Below, piece by piece: positions 13,191 to 26,900 of a stretch of 64,000 nucleotides of DNA; the first letter of the stretch is position 1, and the number at the start of each line of letters is the position of its first letter. The stretch is from the human T2T-CHM13v2.0 reference genome, Homo sapiens, in assembly GCA_009914755.4 (NCBI GenBank), contig CP068257.2, positions 35,776,001 to 35,840,000 on the forward strand, in the 5' to 3' direction. The position numbers and the translations under genes were made by a program. Under the pieces are notes generated by a model. The model saw only the letters and a program-made list of their open reading frames with translations. It did not search any database and was not told the origin of the DNA.

Positions 13191-16100
13191 CTTTTACTAG
13201 TGAAAATTTTAATATCCTAATTACCGTTATTTAGAAAAAATTCTTTTTGAGTTGATGTTTAAAATTCTTTTGATTTTTTTTTTTTTTTTAAAGTCATCTT
13301 TTACAACTCCTCCCTACCGCTCCTCCCCTAGCTCTCCAGGCCCATTGCCCTGACTAGTAAAGGTTTGCTGTTTTTTCTTCTGGACATTTTCCTTTGCGTC
13401 TTCATTTATATATAAGTGCTCATATTCTTGTTATACACAGATATATTTACAAACGTAGGTTGGGTATCCCTAATTCGAAGTGTTTGGGAGTACAACTGTT
13501 TCGGATTTTGAAATATTTGCATATATGTAGTGAGATATGTTGGGGATGGGACCTAAGACTAAACATTCATTTATGTTTTATATACTGTAGACAGCCTGAA
13601 GGTAATTTTATACAATATTTTCAGTAATTTTGTGCACACAATAAAGTTTTGGCTGAGCTGTGGCTGTAACCCATCATATGAGTTCAGGTGTGGAGTTTTT
13701 CACTGGTGGCATCATGTCTGTGCTCAATAGATTTAAAATTTTGGAGCATTTTGGAGTTTTGTATTACAGATGCTCAACCTGCACTTCTGTAACAGAGTAG
13801 TTTGAATGCTTAATTAAAATGGCAGTTGAATATTATGTTAACTTTGGTTTTATGATTAAACCTTTTCAAAGTTTTTGTTACTTTCAGATACTCATAAGTA
13901 AGGCATATAACCTCTCTAGACCTCACTTTCCACATTTGATAAAGGAACGATTTGAATTAAATGAAATTGAAAATCTCTTAGCTCTAAGTATAACAAATTA
14001 TGTGTTAAATTGTATAATTCATCTCTTAGATATCATGAAGAATGTGTTGTTTATAATATGAAAAAGTATGAAGATAAAAATCAAATATGACTTTGGGTAG
14101 CAAGAAGAGATTTTGGGGGAAGTTGCTAATGTGTACAGTTTTTTCCCCTAAGAGCGGCGAGAGAATGGCAGCTGATCAGACTGGTGGTGGAATCTGTCTC
14201 TATTGCCCAGCTTGGCACTATGAAGTTTGACCTGTGTCGATCACTCAAAACTAGCTGATGACATCTGAAAGGGAGTTTTACCCCGGCTCCCTGAAGTTTC
14301 ACATTACAGCTCTACATTTGTGTTAACACAATGAATGCTTCAAAAAAAAAAAGTTATAGAAATCAAAGCTTACATAGGCAAATCTTTGTTAGTGACTTAG
14401 TTAAAAACATTTCATGAATAATAGTTGCTCAAGCTATTTTAACCCTTTTCCCTTTCCCAGAAGAGAAACAAGAAAATCCCACACATTTTGCTCAGTCATG
14501 GTATGTTTGTAAGCTCTCTTGTCAGAAAGTGTCACTGATTCTTTAAATTTCTTTTAGTTAGCTGCTTTTGTCCAGTAGCTCACTTATTTTGTGGTTTGAA
14601 GATGACTGTACTTCTGACACTTTTCTCACATACTCCTGCTTTAATTTTTCGAAAAACTCAATGGCAAGAAACTGAAAACATATACAGAAGTGGAGAGAAT
14701 ACTAGAATGAGCTCTCACGTCCCTAGCCTCTTGGCTTCAGCAGTACTCAGTGTTTTGCCCATCAGATTTTCTAATGCTTTTAGTGTAAGTAATGCCACAT
14801 TTAAAAATACTCCTTTTAGAAAAGAGACTTAGTATTTAAAAGGAAATAAACCAGAGTCATTCCCAAGATTTATCTGATTAAACTGTAGAGTTTATAATTA
14901 TATAAATTTTTTTTAGCACATAGAACAGTCATTCTCTATAGCAAAAGTACTAGCTTTTGTGCCCTTTGCATTGGATTGAGTTATAGAGCTAAACCACAGC
15001 AAACTCATTTGTTCCACTCTTAGGTTGCAAGTATCACTTAACTGTGCTTACTTATCTCATCTTCAATATTTACAAATTTTAACTCACATTTGTTTCAGTA
15101 AAGCAACCCAAAGTAGATGTTTTAGGAGATGAGTTGGTTTGATGGTTATGATTTTCTTTTACTCCTGTATTGACAGTCAGCTGTAGTTGAGACTATTAGC
15201 CTTCTGGAGGGTGAGGTGAACAGGGCTTTTTCCACTTCAGGGGCTAGAGGCTGACATGCATGCAGTTACCTGCAGTTCAGGGCAGAGTGGGGTTAGGGTG
15301 GTAATGGTGGCATAAATACTGTTGTGCCAGGGTCATGTCTATAGGTGTGTGGTGGGAAGCTCTGGGGGAGACAGCACTGGCATTGGGTTTGGACGTGGCA
15401 TTTACGGGCAGAGGTGGATAAAGAAGACCCATGGAGTAGCCTTAGCAAAAGAGTGGTATTTGGGTAGTAGGACTTTGTTCATGTGGCTGGAGTGTAGATG
15501 TGTACTAGGAGATAGAGTGAAAAGGTGGAGGTAATAGTAATTTAAAATATAACAGTAAAAAGAAGCAGCTGTGTATTGATCACTTACTGTGCACTGTTTT
15601 AAATGGTTTACAGGTGCCACATCTTTGATAATACAGCAATTCTGTGGGTGCAATAAGTGATGGAGCCAGGAGTTCACCTGGGGCAGGCTGGCTCCGGAGC
15701 ATCACTGGTGCCTTAGGGCCTCAAATACCAGATTCAGCAACGCTAAGCACTTTTTTGGGTCTTATTTTTGGATGGTGATAGTTAGCAGGATATTAACTGA
15801 TTTTTAAAAACAAATATATTTGTCCATTGTCATGAACTTTTTAACTCTGTTGGAGTTTAAAAAATTGGAAGTACTTAGTGGTTACTCATTGTGGCCCCTA
15901 GTTACAGTTCATGAAAGGGATTTTTTAATGTTAAGATGGAAGCTGAATTTCTTGGACCATTTTTTTCCTCATAAAAGATGTATATATTTATAAAAATTGC
16001 GATACATTGAGAAGTATAATAAATTAGTAATTACTCAGAATTTTATTGGCCAAAGATATTCATTATGAATAATCTTAAATGCTTTCTTCGAGTGTTTTCT

Positions 16101-16880
16101 ATGTATTTATTCTACTCTTCTAAAACTGTGCTTTGGGAAGGGCTTTGAGTCCTTTCTAATATAATGGTATAACTTCCCCCCTCATGCAGTGAAGCTTTCA
16201 GAAGAATTCAAGTGATCACACAACATCATATCTGTGTTACCTTTTGTGTTGAACATTTATTATTTATAACATTTAATTTTTAATGATAAACTTTTGTATA
16301 TACATTTTGTATATTCTGTTATGAAACGGATTTCTAAAATTAGAGATTGAACATGAAGCAGAATGGCCTACAAAAGGAACATGAATCTGTGCTACAGATA
16401 TAAAAACTATTTTGAAGGCTATAGGAACAACCACATTTGCCAGGACTCATGCTTAAATAGACTGTGTACGGCTGTGGAGATCATAAATTGAGAAAGCATG
16501 ATATTTGAGCAAGAAAAATTTACTGAGGTTTGTTAAGATTTGAGAAGAGAGATGGAAAATCTTCCTGTTCAGTTGGAGAAGAAGCTGAGGAATAAGTCTT
16601 TGTGCATATGAAGAGTGTTTTGTAGGCTGTGTATAGGTATTTTCTGTTTCTTCAGAATGTAGCAAAAAACAGTGTGAACTTAAGTTGGTATAGAGGAATT
16701 TAGGAGATAATTTATGACTAGGGATTGGAAGCTATTGAAATAGTTTATCATGACAATTCTTTGAAATGGATGAGTTTTCATTATATTTAGGATTTTATTC
16801 TCCTTAAGGAGAGGAGGGGTTAAGATGGTGTCTTACAGGTATTTCTAGAACTTTATTCCCAAGATTTATTTATTTACTTA

Positions 16881-17035
<155 letters not shown>

Positions 17036-17101
17036 ATGTTAATTCCAGTTTTCTCACCTATTGCACGTCTCCTGGACTTACACAGAAAATAGAAGACAGT
17101 T

Positions 17102-17723
<622 letters not shown>

Positions 17724-19635
17724 TTATACTACATGAAGGTTTGTAGTTTTGACTGAAAGGACAAACCAAAACAAGAAAACCCCACCTATAATGCAGGTAG
17801 AGTAATAGCATGCTCATGTATAATTGATTTGGCAAGTCTGTGAATGAAGTCCCAGAAATTGTATATTCAGTTTAGTGAGGCCAATGGAATTTGAAGTACA
17901 GGTGTAGAAATGTTGACATTAACAAATGTCATATGTATTAGGATTGTGACAGTGTGACTACTGACATGGTAGTGTGCCAGTCATTTTTATAGAATGTCTA
18001 TTGGTTGAGAAAATTCCAGGGTAACAATTTTAAGGTTTAAGTTTTAATTTCATCACAAAATACACATTCATTTTAGAAAATTTAGAGAATACAGATAAGA
18101 ATGACAATTCCCTGCAGTTTCTCTCTTCTGAGATAACTATTATTTGCATTTTGTATGTAATCCACCAGTTTTTTTCCTGCACATAACTACTATTCTCTTT
18201 TTGAAAAACAAATACAATCATGTTATCTGCATATTGCTTTACAACCCACTTTTTCTACATGAAGCAATATTTTCATTGTATTCCGCTGTGCCAATCTGTT
18301 TATTGAACATGTACTGCGATACAGAAATACGAGATCTAGTGGTACTTTTCACCAAGTAGTAGATAATACCACTGGAGTGAGTATATAACATAAATAATTA
18401 ACAGAATATAGCAGGAGATAAATGCAAGTTAAGAGGAGAGGCTGGAGTGACTTTAAAGTGGATGAAGGCAAATTGAGGTGATCTTGAAAATGGATAGGCA
18501 AGAAGGGGCAAATTTCAGGTAGAAGAAATAAACACTAATGCAGAAGGGGCTTAAATGCACTTTATGGAATGTCACATTGAACTGTGAGTTCAGAGGAATA
18601 AGATAAGATCATACGTTTCTAAATTATAGAGGGGTTAAATCCAGGTTGAAAGTTCTGTGTCTCAGAAAAGTATGTGTAGCAGCTTTATGCAAAATAAATT
18701 AGGGCAGCGGATACAGCTTTTTAAGCACAGTAGTTCCCAAACTTCGCTGGGTCCAGGATTCATCTGTAACATCTTGTTAAAACAAAACACATATTCTTAG
18801 GTCCTTGTCCAGGCTTCCTGAATCAGGATTTTTGGGAGTAGAGTCTGATGTAGTTTAGGGAACCTGCCCTAGAGTTTATGACATAACCATCAGGCCTAGG
18901 AGATAGTTAATTCTAGGAAGCATTTGTAATACTTAAGGTGAATTAAGGACTTGGTTCAGGTGACTAAAGTGAGCATGGAGAGGAATGGAAAGGCATGAGG
19001 CACTTCGAAAATGGATAGGATTTAGTAAGACCATTTAGATAAAGTCAGCAGCTTCTAATGAAATTACTGAAAGAATGGTGGTGCGGGAATAGAGATGGGA
19101 AGTTCAAGTGGATAACATGTGGTGCAGGAATGTGATGAGGAGTTGTAGGCATAGAGAATGGAGGCAGGGATGTGGCACTGTAGGCAGCCACCCAACAGCT
19201 TGTTAGACTAGATATTGAGTGAAAAGTTTGAGTGGAGAAGAGAGTTTGAAGTATTAGTTTGGAGTAAACCATTGAAAATACTTCTTTTGCAGGGAAAGAT
19301 GTATAGAGAAATGAGTGAAGCGGTCAGGGGATAGAACCAGAGGTCACATCTGAGGTTAGGGCTAAATGTGAAAGAGACATGGATTATTTGGAGGATAGCT
19401 AGTGTTGTGAAATACAAGAACATACATTTTAAGAATTTTTAAGGGGGTAGCATTTCTCTGTAAACTCCACAGAAGTGTGGGAGGGGAAGTAAGTAAAACT
19501 GAACTCACTTTACTGCTTTTAGTAATAGACTCATTGGAAGAAAATGTAAGCTATTCATGCAGTGTGTGTTTTTGATTATTTCTGGGCCTTGTTATTTTTC
19601 TGTGTTTCTGAGATGCAAGGATTATTTAAAGGCAA

Positions 19636-19790
19636 TGGTTTATAAAATGATATATAATTACATACGTATAAAAGTACATATAACCAACTAAGTATATGTA
19701 TGCATGCACTCATGCAAATCAATTATATATTTACATTTTATATATAAATTATATATGTGTGTATATATTGTATTATAGAACATCCTGTGT
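19636..19790. repeat. AT-rich low-complexity / (TATA)-like tract.
   Basis: Direct inspection. Confidence 0.6.
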
Positions 19791-20481
19791 GGAAAAGTTG
19801 GTGCTGTCAGAAGGGAGAGAGAGCAAGGCAGTTTTCCAGTGCATTTCTTATAAGCTAGTTATGAGAAGGGCTTGCAGGTTACTGATTGAACATATTCTTT
19901 CTAAATGTCTTCTGTCTGATAGATACTCCTTTGTTAGGGAATATATACATAAATGAGATTACCCTAGATGTTCAGGTTAGTGAGGGAAACGTTACAATAG
20001 ATAGCACTAAGCGCTGGATCTCAGCTTTGATTCCCAGAGCACCTAGAGCGTCATTGGGCCACCTCTTCTAAGTTCCTCTTAAGATCTAGAATTGATTTGA
20101 ATAATAGAAATTTTGAGTACATTTTGTGTAGGTGACATAAAAGAACATCCTTAAGCAAGCATATCAGTTAAAGGACTTGTCTTCATGGCTCTTGGTGTTT
20201 TCTTCATACCACTTTGCTCTTAGTTCCTGTTAGCAGAGGGGAAGAAGCAGGCTCTAAGATTTAAAATTCATGCTAGTGAAAATTAGAAACAAGCCACATA
20301 CCCTCAATAGGTGTTTGCTTAAAATGCATTTACGTCTTTGCAGTGGAGTACTGTGCACCTGGTAAAATGATGATGCAAATATAAATTGTTGATATAAAGA
20401 TATATATGTATATATACATATATTTAAGGAGCAGAGATTCCAACACCAAATTTTGGGTGGTGGAATTTTATTAGGTTGGTG

Positions 20482-20517
20482 CAAAGGTAATACAGTTTTT
20501 GCCCTTGGGAGATTGGG
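20482..20517 (+). mobile_element. Short remnant resembling the terminal inverted repeat of Hsmar1/MADE1 mariner.
   Basis: 'ttaggttggtgcaaaggtaatacagtttttgcc', compared with the MADE1 terminus 'ttaggttggtgcaaaagtaattgcggtttttgcc' as I recall it. Confidence 0.4.
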
Positions 20518-20634
20518 CTGATGGTGACACCCGTTACCCAAGACTGAGAATACAGAAAGGAGAAGTGGATTTTTTCTCTGTTTTTCCTCCCTTTTTGAGT
20601 AGGGGAAATGGTAGATTCAGTTTAATATGGCCAA

Positions 20635-20815
20635 AAGCAGTGGCTTAGTAGTCAGTTTGCTTGGATTTGAATATCTCTCTACCATTAGTCGTGTGTGATT
20701 TGGGATGGTTTCACTTCACCTCTCTGTGCCTTAGTTTTCTCACCTGGACAATGGGAATGATAGTGGTACTTACTTTTTGTAATTATGGGGTTTAGTGGTT
20801 TAAAGTAGAAAATTT
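20635..20815 (+). mobile_element. MIR (mammalian-wide interspersed repeat) SINE fragment.
   Basis: '...tcacttcacctctctgtgccttagttttctcacctggacaatgggaatgatagtggtacttac...', compared with the MIR core 'tcacttaacctctctgagcctcagtttcctcatctgtaaaatggggataataatagtacctac'. Confidence 0.6.
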
Positions 20816-21803
20816 ATACCAGGGCCCATTAAAGATAAGTCATCTCATGCAGTGAAACATAACTGGGACTTTCGAGCTCAGTTCACTGAGGTCTTCTGGG
20901 CCTGGAACAAGCCCGCCTTATAAAAGTTGGCTTTACATACTACATACTAAAGGAGTTCTTAATGTAGACTTTTAACCAACTGTCTTAGAAATGAGCCTTT
21001 GGAACCTAGGTCTGCATGTGATAGGGGTGCTTTCTAGTGTCTACTTGATAGACCAGTCACTTTCTAGTAGTGGGAGTTAGGTTCCCGAAAAGCTCTGTGG
21101 TTTGAGAATTCATTTTTGAGAATATCTATTCACAAGAGAATAGATAAACAGTTGATAGACTTGAAGGTCATACAAACCTGTGCAAATCATTGTAAATGTT
21201 TTCACATTCTAAAGGAAGACAGAGGACAGCAAGCAAAATAGAATATCAGTGGTAGTTTACATATTTTGAGTTAGTAACAGAGTACCTGTACTACTACTTT
21301 ACAATTACTGATGATAACTTACCCCCAGAAACTTCTGTTTCTCCCCTTCAGTTTTAGAAATGATGTGTCAGTGCATTATGTATTGTTGCAGGTAATGTGC
21401 ATATGAGGCATTTCCCTCCTGTTTTCCTCTATTTGTTGGTACGTCCAAATACTCAGTGCCTGATTTTGTCTTTCAGGCCCAGATGTGCTCTCAGAGATAC
21501 TGAGTTGATGGTTGAGATAGCCAAAATTTGGGGCAAAACTCATTTAATCTGCTCAGCTTTTAGTTCTTAAACCTTCTCCCTAGTTCTTTTCACATAATTG
21601 CATGAGAAAACACATGCTTCTAGCCTCTTTAACACAAATTTCAGCTATTCCACTTCCAAAATGCCATTGGAGTAGTATAATCCAGCACCCATGTTTATAA
21701 TCCCACATGTTCTTTGACCTTGACCAAGGTTTTAATGCAAAATTGACTCATCTGCTATTGGTTTTTACCTTCCTTTCAGTTTGTCTCCTTTAATATATAT
21801 ATG

Positions 21804-22101
21804 TTTTTTTTCTTTTTGAGACAGGATCTCACCCTGTTGCCCAGGCTGGAGTGCAGTGGCATGATCAGGGCTCACTGCAGCCTTGACTTCCTGGAATCAG
21901 GTGATCCTCCCACGTTAGCCTCCTTATTAGCTGGGACTACAGGCTGCACCACCACACCCAACCAAGTTTTTTATTTTTTGGGGTAGAGATGGGGTTTTGC
22001 CATGTTGCCCAGGCTGGTCTCCAACTCCTGGTCTCAAGCGATCTACCTCCCTCTGCCTCCCAAAGTTCTGGGATTACAGGCATGAGCTGCTGTGCCTGGC
22101 C
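21804..22101 (-). mobile_element. Full-length Alu, reverse orientation.
   Basis: 'tttttttctttttgagacaggatctcaccctgttgcccaggctggagtgcagtggcatgatcagggctcactgcagcc...' ending '...gcatgagctgctgtgcctggcc'. Confidence 0.95.
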
Positions 22102-22414
22102 TAAAATGTTTTTGGTAAAGGGAAAATATAGCAATCTGTTATATGCTGGAATCAAAATTTTTCTACTAGATGAACTTTTGGGGAAATTTAGTATTCTGTT
22201 CTAAATTAAATGCCTTTTTCAAGTAATTACTGCTAATGAGCTCTTGTTTTTTCATGTTTAGGGTGGTTGATGCAGAGTAGTGCATATAGGGGCTAAAATC
22301 AGACTTAGACACTTGGGGGTTCTTGCATCTCTGTATTTTCTCACAACTATTTCAGTGATTCTTAATGAGTGGCATCTTGGCATAGTGAACTTTAATGTGG
22401 GACCATAGTTCACA

Positions 22415-22588
22415 AACTGTGACCTTAGGCCAGTTAATCCTTCTGACCCTTGCTTTCCCTGTTGATGAAATGGAAGTAACACTACCTACTCGTAGGGCTG
22501 TCAGGAGGTCAAATGTGTCAACGTCTATAAAATGCCTTAGCCAAGTGGTTGGCACATAGATAGTAAGTGTTCCACAAATGTTCATTTC
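22415..22588 (+). mobile_element. MIR SINE fragment.
   Basis: '...gtaacactacctactcgtagggctgtcaggaggtcaaatgtgtcaacgtctataaaatgccttagccaagtggttggcacatagatagtaagtgttccacaaatg', compared with the MIR 3' half 'tacctacctcatagggttgttgtgaggattaaatgag...gcgcttagcacagtgcctggcacatagtaagcgctcaataaatg'. Confidence 0.6.
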
Positions 22589-23522
22589 CCTGTAGTTTTA
22601 CTAACCATTTTGGTGCAATATTATATTCTTTATAAAGTCTTGTGTTTTGGCCTTTTTTTTTTTTTTTTTTTTAAAGACTGTGACTGTTTTCTAGGGTTTT
22701 GAGGGGAGTGATAAATGTTCTGGGTTTTTAGGATTTCACTTGAAATCCTCCTATATAACTGCTTTTTCTCTGTAATGCTGCTTGATCATCTTATTGGAAA
22801 TAAGAGATTTTTTTTCTTGTGTGTTAGGCATCAAAACTGTGATACTTCTATTTTCCCTTTGACTCCTTTGGCTATTATAATTCTAGAAAATTATTTCTAA
22901 AATTGCTATATGGAAAAAGTACTTTCTTCTGTCACTTCTTTAATTCGTTAGTGTAAATGAGCCAAAGTTTATAAGAGAATGTTAGTTAACTGTATAAATT
23001 TTAGATAATGACATAAGTTTAATTTATGTAATCTAATTTTAGATCTAGTTTTTCTTGATTTCTGTTTTGTAGCTTTTCTGTTGTTGCTTATTTTTAATGG
23101 GCATCTTCTGAGTTATCTTTTTAGATCCCAGTGTGCACTGTATTTTATCTTTTCATATGGGCTAAATTTTGTAAATTGTGAAATATGCGAGCATTTATAT
23201 AACATATAAAATGAAGTAATAAAAAACAACTTGGTATTTTCTTCCAGCTTAAGAAATGAGGTAGTACTTAACTAGTACTTTTGAAGCTCCTTGTATCATA
23301 CTGATTTTTTTTCATCTGCTACTTGTAATACTTCATACTACTTTAGTTATTTTGAAATTAGATATAATTTTTAGTTTGGTGTCATTACAAAACACTGTCA
23401 CATTAGAGAACATATTGCACCTGCCATTTAGTTTATTAGCTCCTGGGTTAGTCTGAACTTGCCTGTCATGCTGATGCATTCATTTCAGTCCCAGTCTTAC
23501 ATTCTGGATCTCTGTTTATTAG

Positions 23523-23824
<302 letters not shown>

Positions 23825-23827
23825 TGT

Positions 23828-23867
23828 ATTTTTTATTTTTCTTTTCTTTTTCTTTTTCTTTTTCTTT

Positions 23868-23898
<31 letters not shown>
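23828..23898. repeat. (TTTTC)n / (CTTTTT)n pentamer repeat running into a roughly 30-nt poly-T.
   Basis: 'ttttatttttcttttctttttctttttctttttctttttctttttttttttttttttttttttttttt'. Confidence 0.9.
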
Positions 23899-23903
<5 letters not shown>

Positions 23904-26900
23904 CTTGGTGTATCAGTGCTTTTTATTAGGTGACTTGATTTCTCCCCAACCCCTGCCTGTGGAATACAGACACCAAGAGACTAAGCTCAGTACCTATCTG
24001 AGCATACCGTGTGTTTAACAGCCTGTGGAAACTGTCCTGTCCCTGAAGATACGCTGTAGATTAATTTTATGCAGTGATTTTAAGACAACTAAAAAAAATG
24101 GTTTGTAAGTTTAACTTCAAAAAACCATGTAAGCTCGGTTCCTGGATTGTTCGTAGACCTTCACATTGCCTTTGGCAAACTGAGCTAGAACATACTGTAG
24201 AAGATTTGAGGGTCATGAGAGGTTCCTGTGGTAAAGAGAGATGTTTGTCATTAGCATTTGATTGTTACTCCATAGTTTGTGAATGGCTCCATTTGTGGGG
24301 CAGATGATGAAAAATATACTCTATATTTTTCTCAAAAAAATGAAAATATGACTGTCTAGATTTTTAAGCTTCTTTAAGAAGAAAATCGTATCTGTAGCTT
24401 ATCTGCAAAGCACATTTGGTGTGTGGAATTATCTGCTTATTGTCATATAAAAACTCTGACCTTGTATTAACATTTTTGTTTTTGAAAAGTGGCTAGCCTG
24501 AAGGAAGGATATATGGAATAATCACTAGAGTCCTTATTTAAAGTAATCCAAGGTGAAGATTTCTGGAGTTTATTGTTACTTAGCATATGATGGTTTGGTT
24601 GCTGTATAAGTCAGCAGAAAATTATGTAACTCAGAGATACTTTAGGTGGCCTTTCATATGAGTAATGATTAATGGATAATGTTTCAAAAAGGTGTCAGAA
24701 ATTTTGATGTGTCTTACCTTTAGATTTTTAAAATAGTAATGAAATCTAATTTCTAACAATTTTTAATAAAGAATACTGATAATTGATTCTACTGTCTTAC
24801 AAAGAACTTTTGTGTCAGTAATATCTACTTCTATCGAAACTGGCGAGGTGTAAGTAGCATTGTAACATTTTCTGGGTGAAGAATATGATGTTGAGAGCCT
24901 AAAGGATTTGATTATATAGTTCATAGCTAGAGATTGAATTTATGTTTTCTTTCCCCATAGTTCATGTCATAATTTTAAAGACTGACCATTTTAGGGGAAA
25001 AATTATTAGAAAATGATGTCCTTTGAGTAAAGATAATCTTGATTCAATTATTTTTACAAATAAAACTATTCTGATGCAGCACTCTAGTGTTCATCCATCT
25101 AGTCATACACCCCCCACAATATGATACCAGCTAGTTGTAGGTCTAGTGTTTAATGTAATACCGTAACAGGCATTTGAATTGGAATGGTAGTTCTTCAGGA
25201 ATGGAATCTGGAATATAGGCAAAGATTTCAGAGACAATTCCTAATTTAAAAATAACTCATATTGTCTCTGAGGTTCTTTTCCAGTGAAGTGTTTAGTATT
25301 GCTGCTATTTGGAGTACAAAGTTGGAGCTTTTAAAGAACCTGGGAGTTCAAAAGTATAAGGAGAAATAAATGAAAAGCAGAAATATTTTGAGGCAATAAG
25401 TATAGACTCAAATCTATATTATGACCCACTTGTAGCACCACTTGGAATTCTACCAATAAGAGATTTATTTGGGCAAACTATAATGGTTGTTGGAAATTGC
25501 AAATCTTAGTGTGAATTATTTTAGTCCAGTTGGTTTCTTTCTTTCTCTTACCTGAAATGAACTATACTGAGGCAATAGGAGCTTTGTATAGTAATTTAGG
25601 AGTGTAAAACAACTTAGGGAAAAGGATTATTAAGCAGGATGATTGGGATGACATCATGTGAAATTTAGGAATTGGAGGCATTGGGAATTGAGAGGGTGCT
25701 AACAAAGGAAAACAGCTTATTTTAGAATTTGTCTGGAGGATGTAGAATTGAAGAAGTTTTGGTATTTCTTCTGCAGCGGCCCCAGTGCCCTTGACCAGGA
25801 ACATCTCTTGGAGTCAGTAGTTTTCATGAGGCTGACCTAGGAACTTGGCCAACATATGCAACATTGTTCTATTTAAAATATTCCTTGAATTAAATTCGAT
25901 AGTATCAATTTAAAACATAAAGTTTTCACTCAACTCCTTTAGAAGTTAGATTTTAGCTTGTACTTGTCTTTACCTCTTCTGCTGATTATCAGTTGACAAC
26001 ACTGAGATTACTTTCATTTTCCTGTAAGTCATTATGAATTTTTCTGGTCAACCATGAGTTATCAGTGGAAGCAATAAGTAGGAAGTACTGTAAAAGAATT
26101 ACAATAAAATAAGAGAAACCACTTGGAGAGCAAGAGGGCTTGTGGACTTGGGGGAGCGGTTGTGAGAAATGTCTCAGAACTTAATTTACAAATAACATTG
26201 GTAGATTGACATGTTGTCTTTCCTATAAAGTAACTTTACCTCTGTCTTAATAGTAAACTACTATGAAAGTGAATTCGTGTTCCTCTTGATTTGTGAACTG
26301 ATGAAAATTACAAAATGTGGAGTTTTTTCCCCAGATAAAGTAAATGGTGGAATATTCAGGTTTATTTGATACCTAGAAAATACCTGAAATTTTCCGTGGT
26401 AATAGGCACATTTTGAAACTGTTTTTTTTTTCTCTGACAATTGAATATATTTTATATATAGTTGATTTTGATTATTGAAGACTAAGGAAAATTTAAGTTT
26501 GAATGTTAGAAAATGAATTTTGCAAATTTGAAGTAATTTTATTCTTTATGTTTTGGGATTGTAGTTATGTTAGATATTCCTCAGTTGGGGTAATTGTCTT
26601 GCATCATTATCTCTTATCATAATCTGTTTTTCTTCACACAGTGTTATAGTTTTGCCGCTGGACTCTTCCCTCCCTTCCCCCACCCCATCAGGATGATATG
26701 AGACTTGAAAGAAGACGATGCATACAGGTGACTCAAGTTTTGAAATACAGTAAAACTCTGGCTAAGAGAATGTGGGAATCGATGGTCTATTTTGAATGGG
26801 GGAGGTTTCTGATAAATAGCAGTTAGTGGGGGGAATTGTAGATCAGTAAATGCAAAGGTAGTTGGGCTATTTGTTAAACTTACTTTTGAACTCAGATTGA

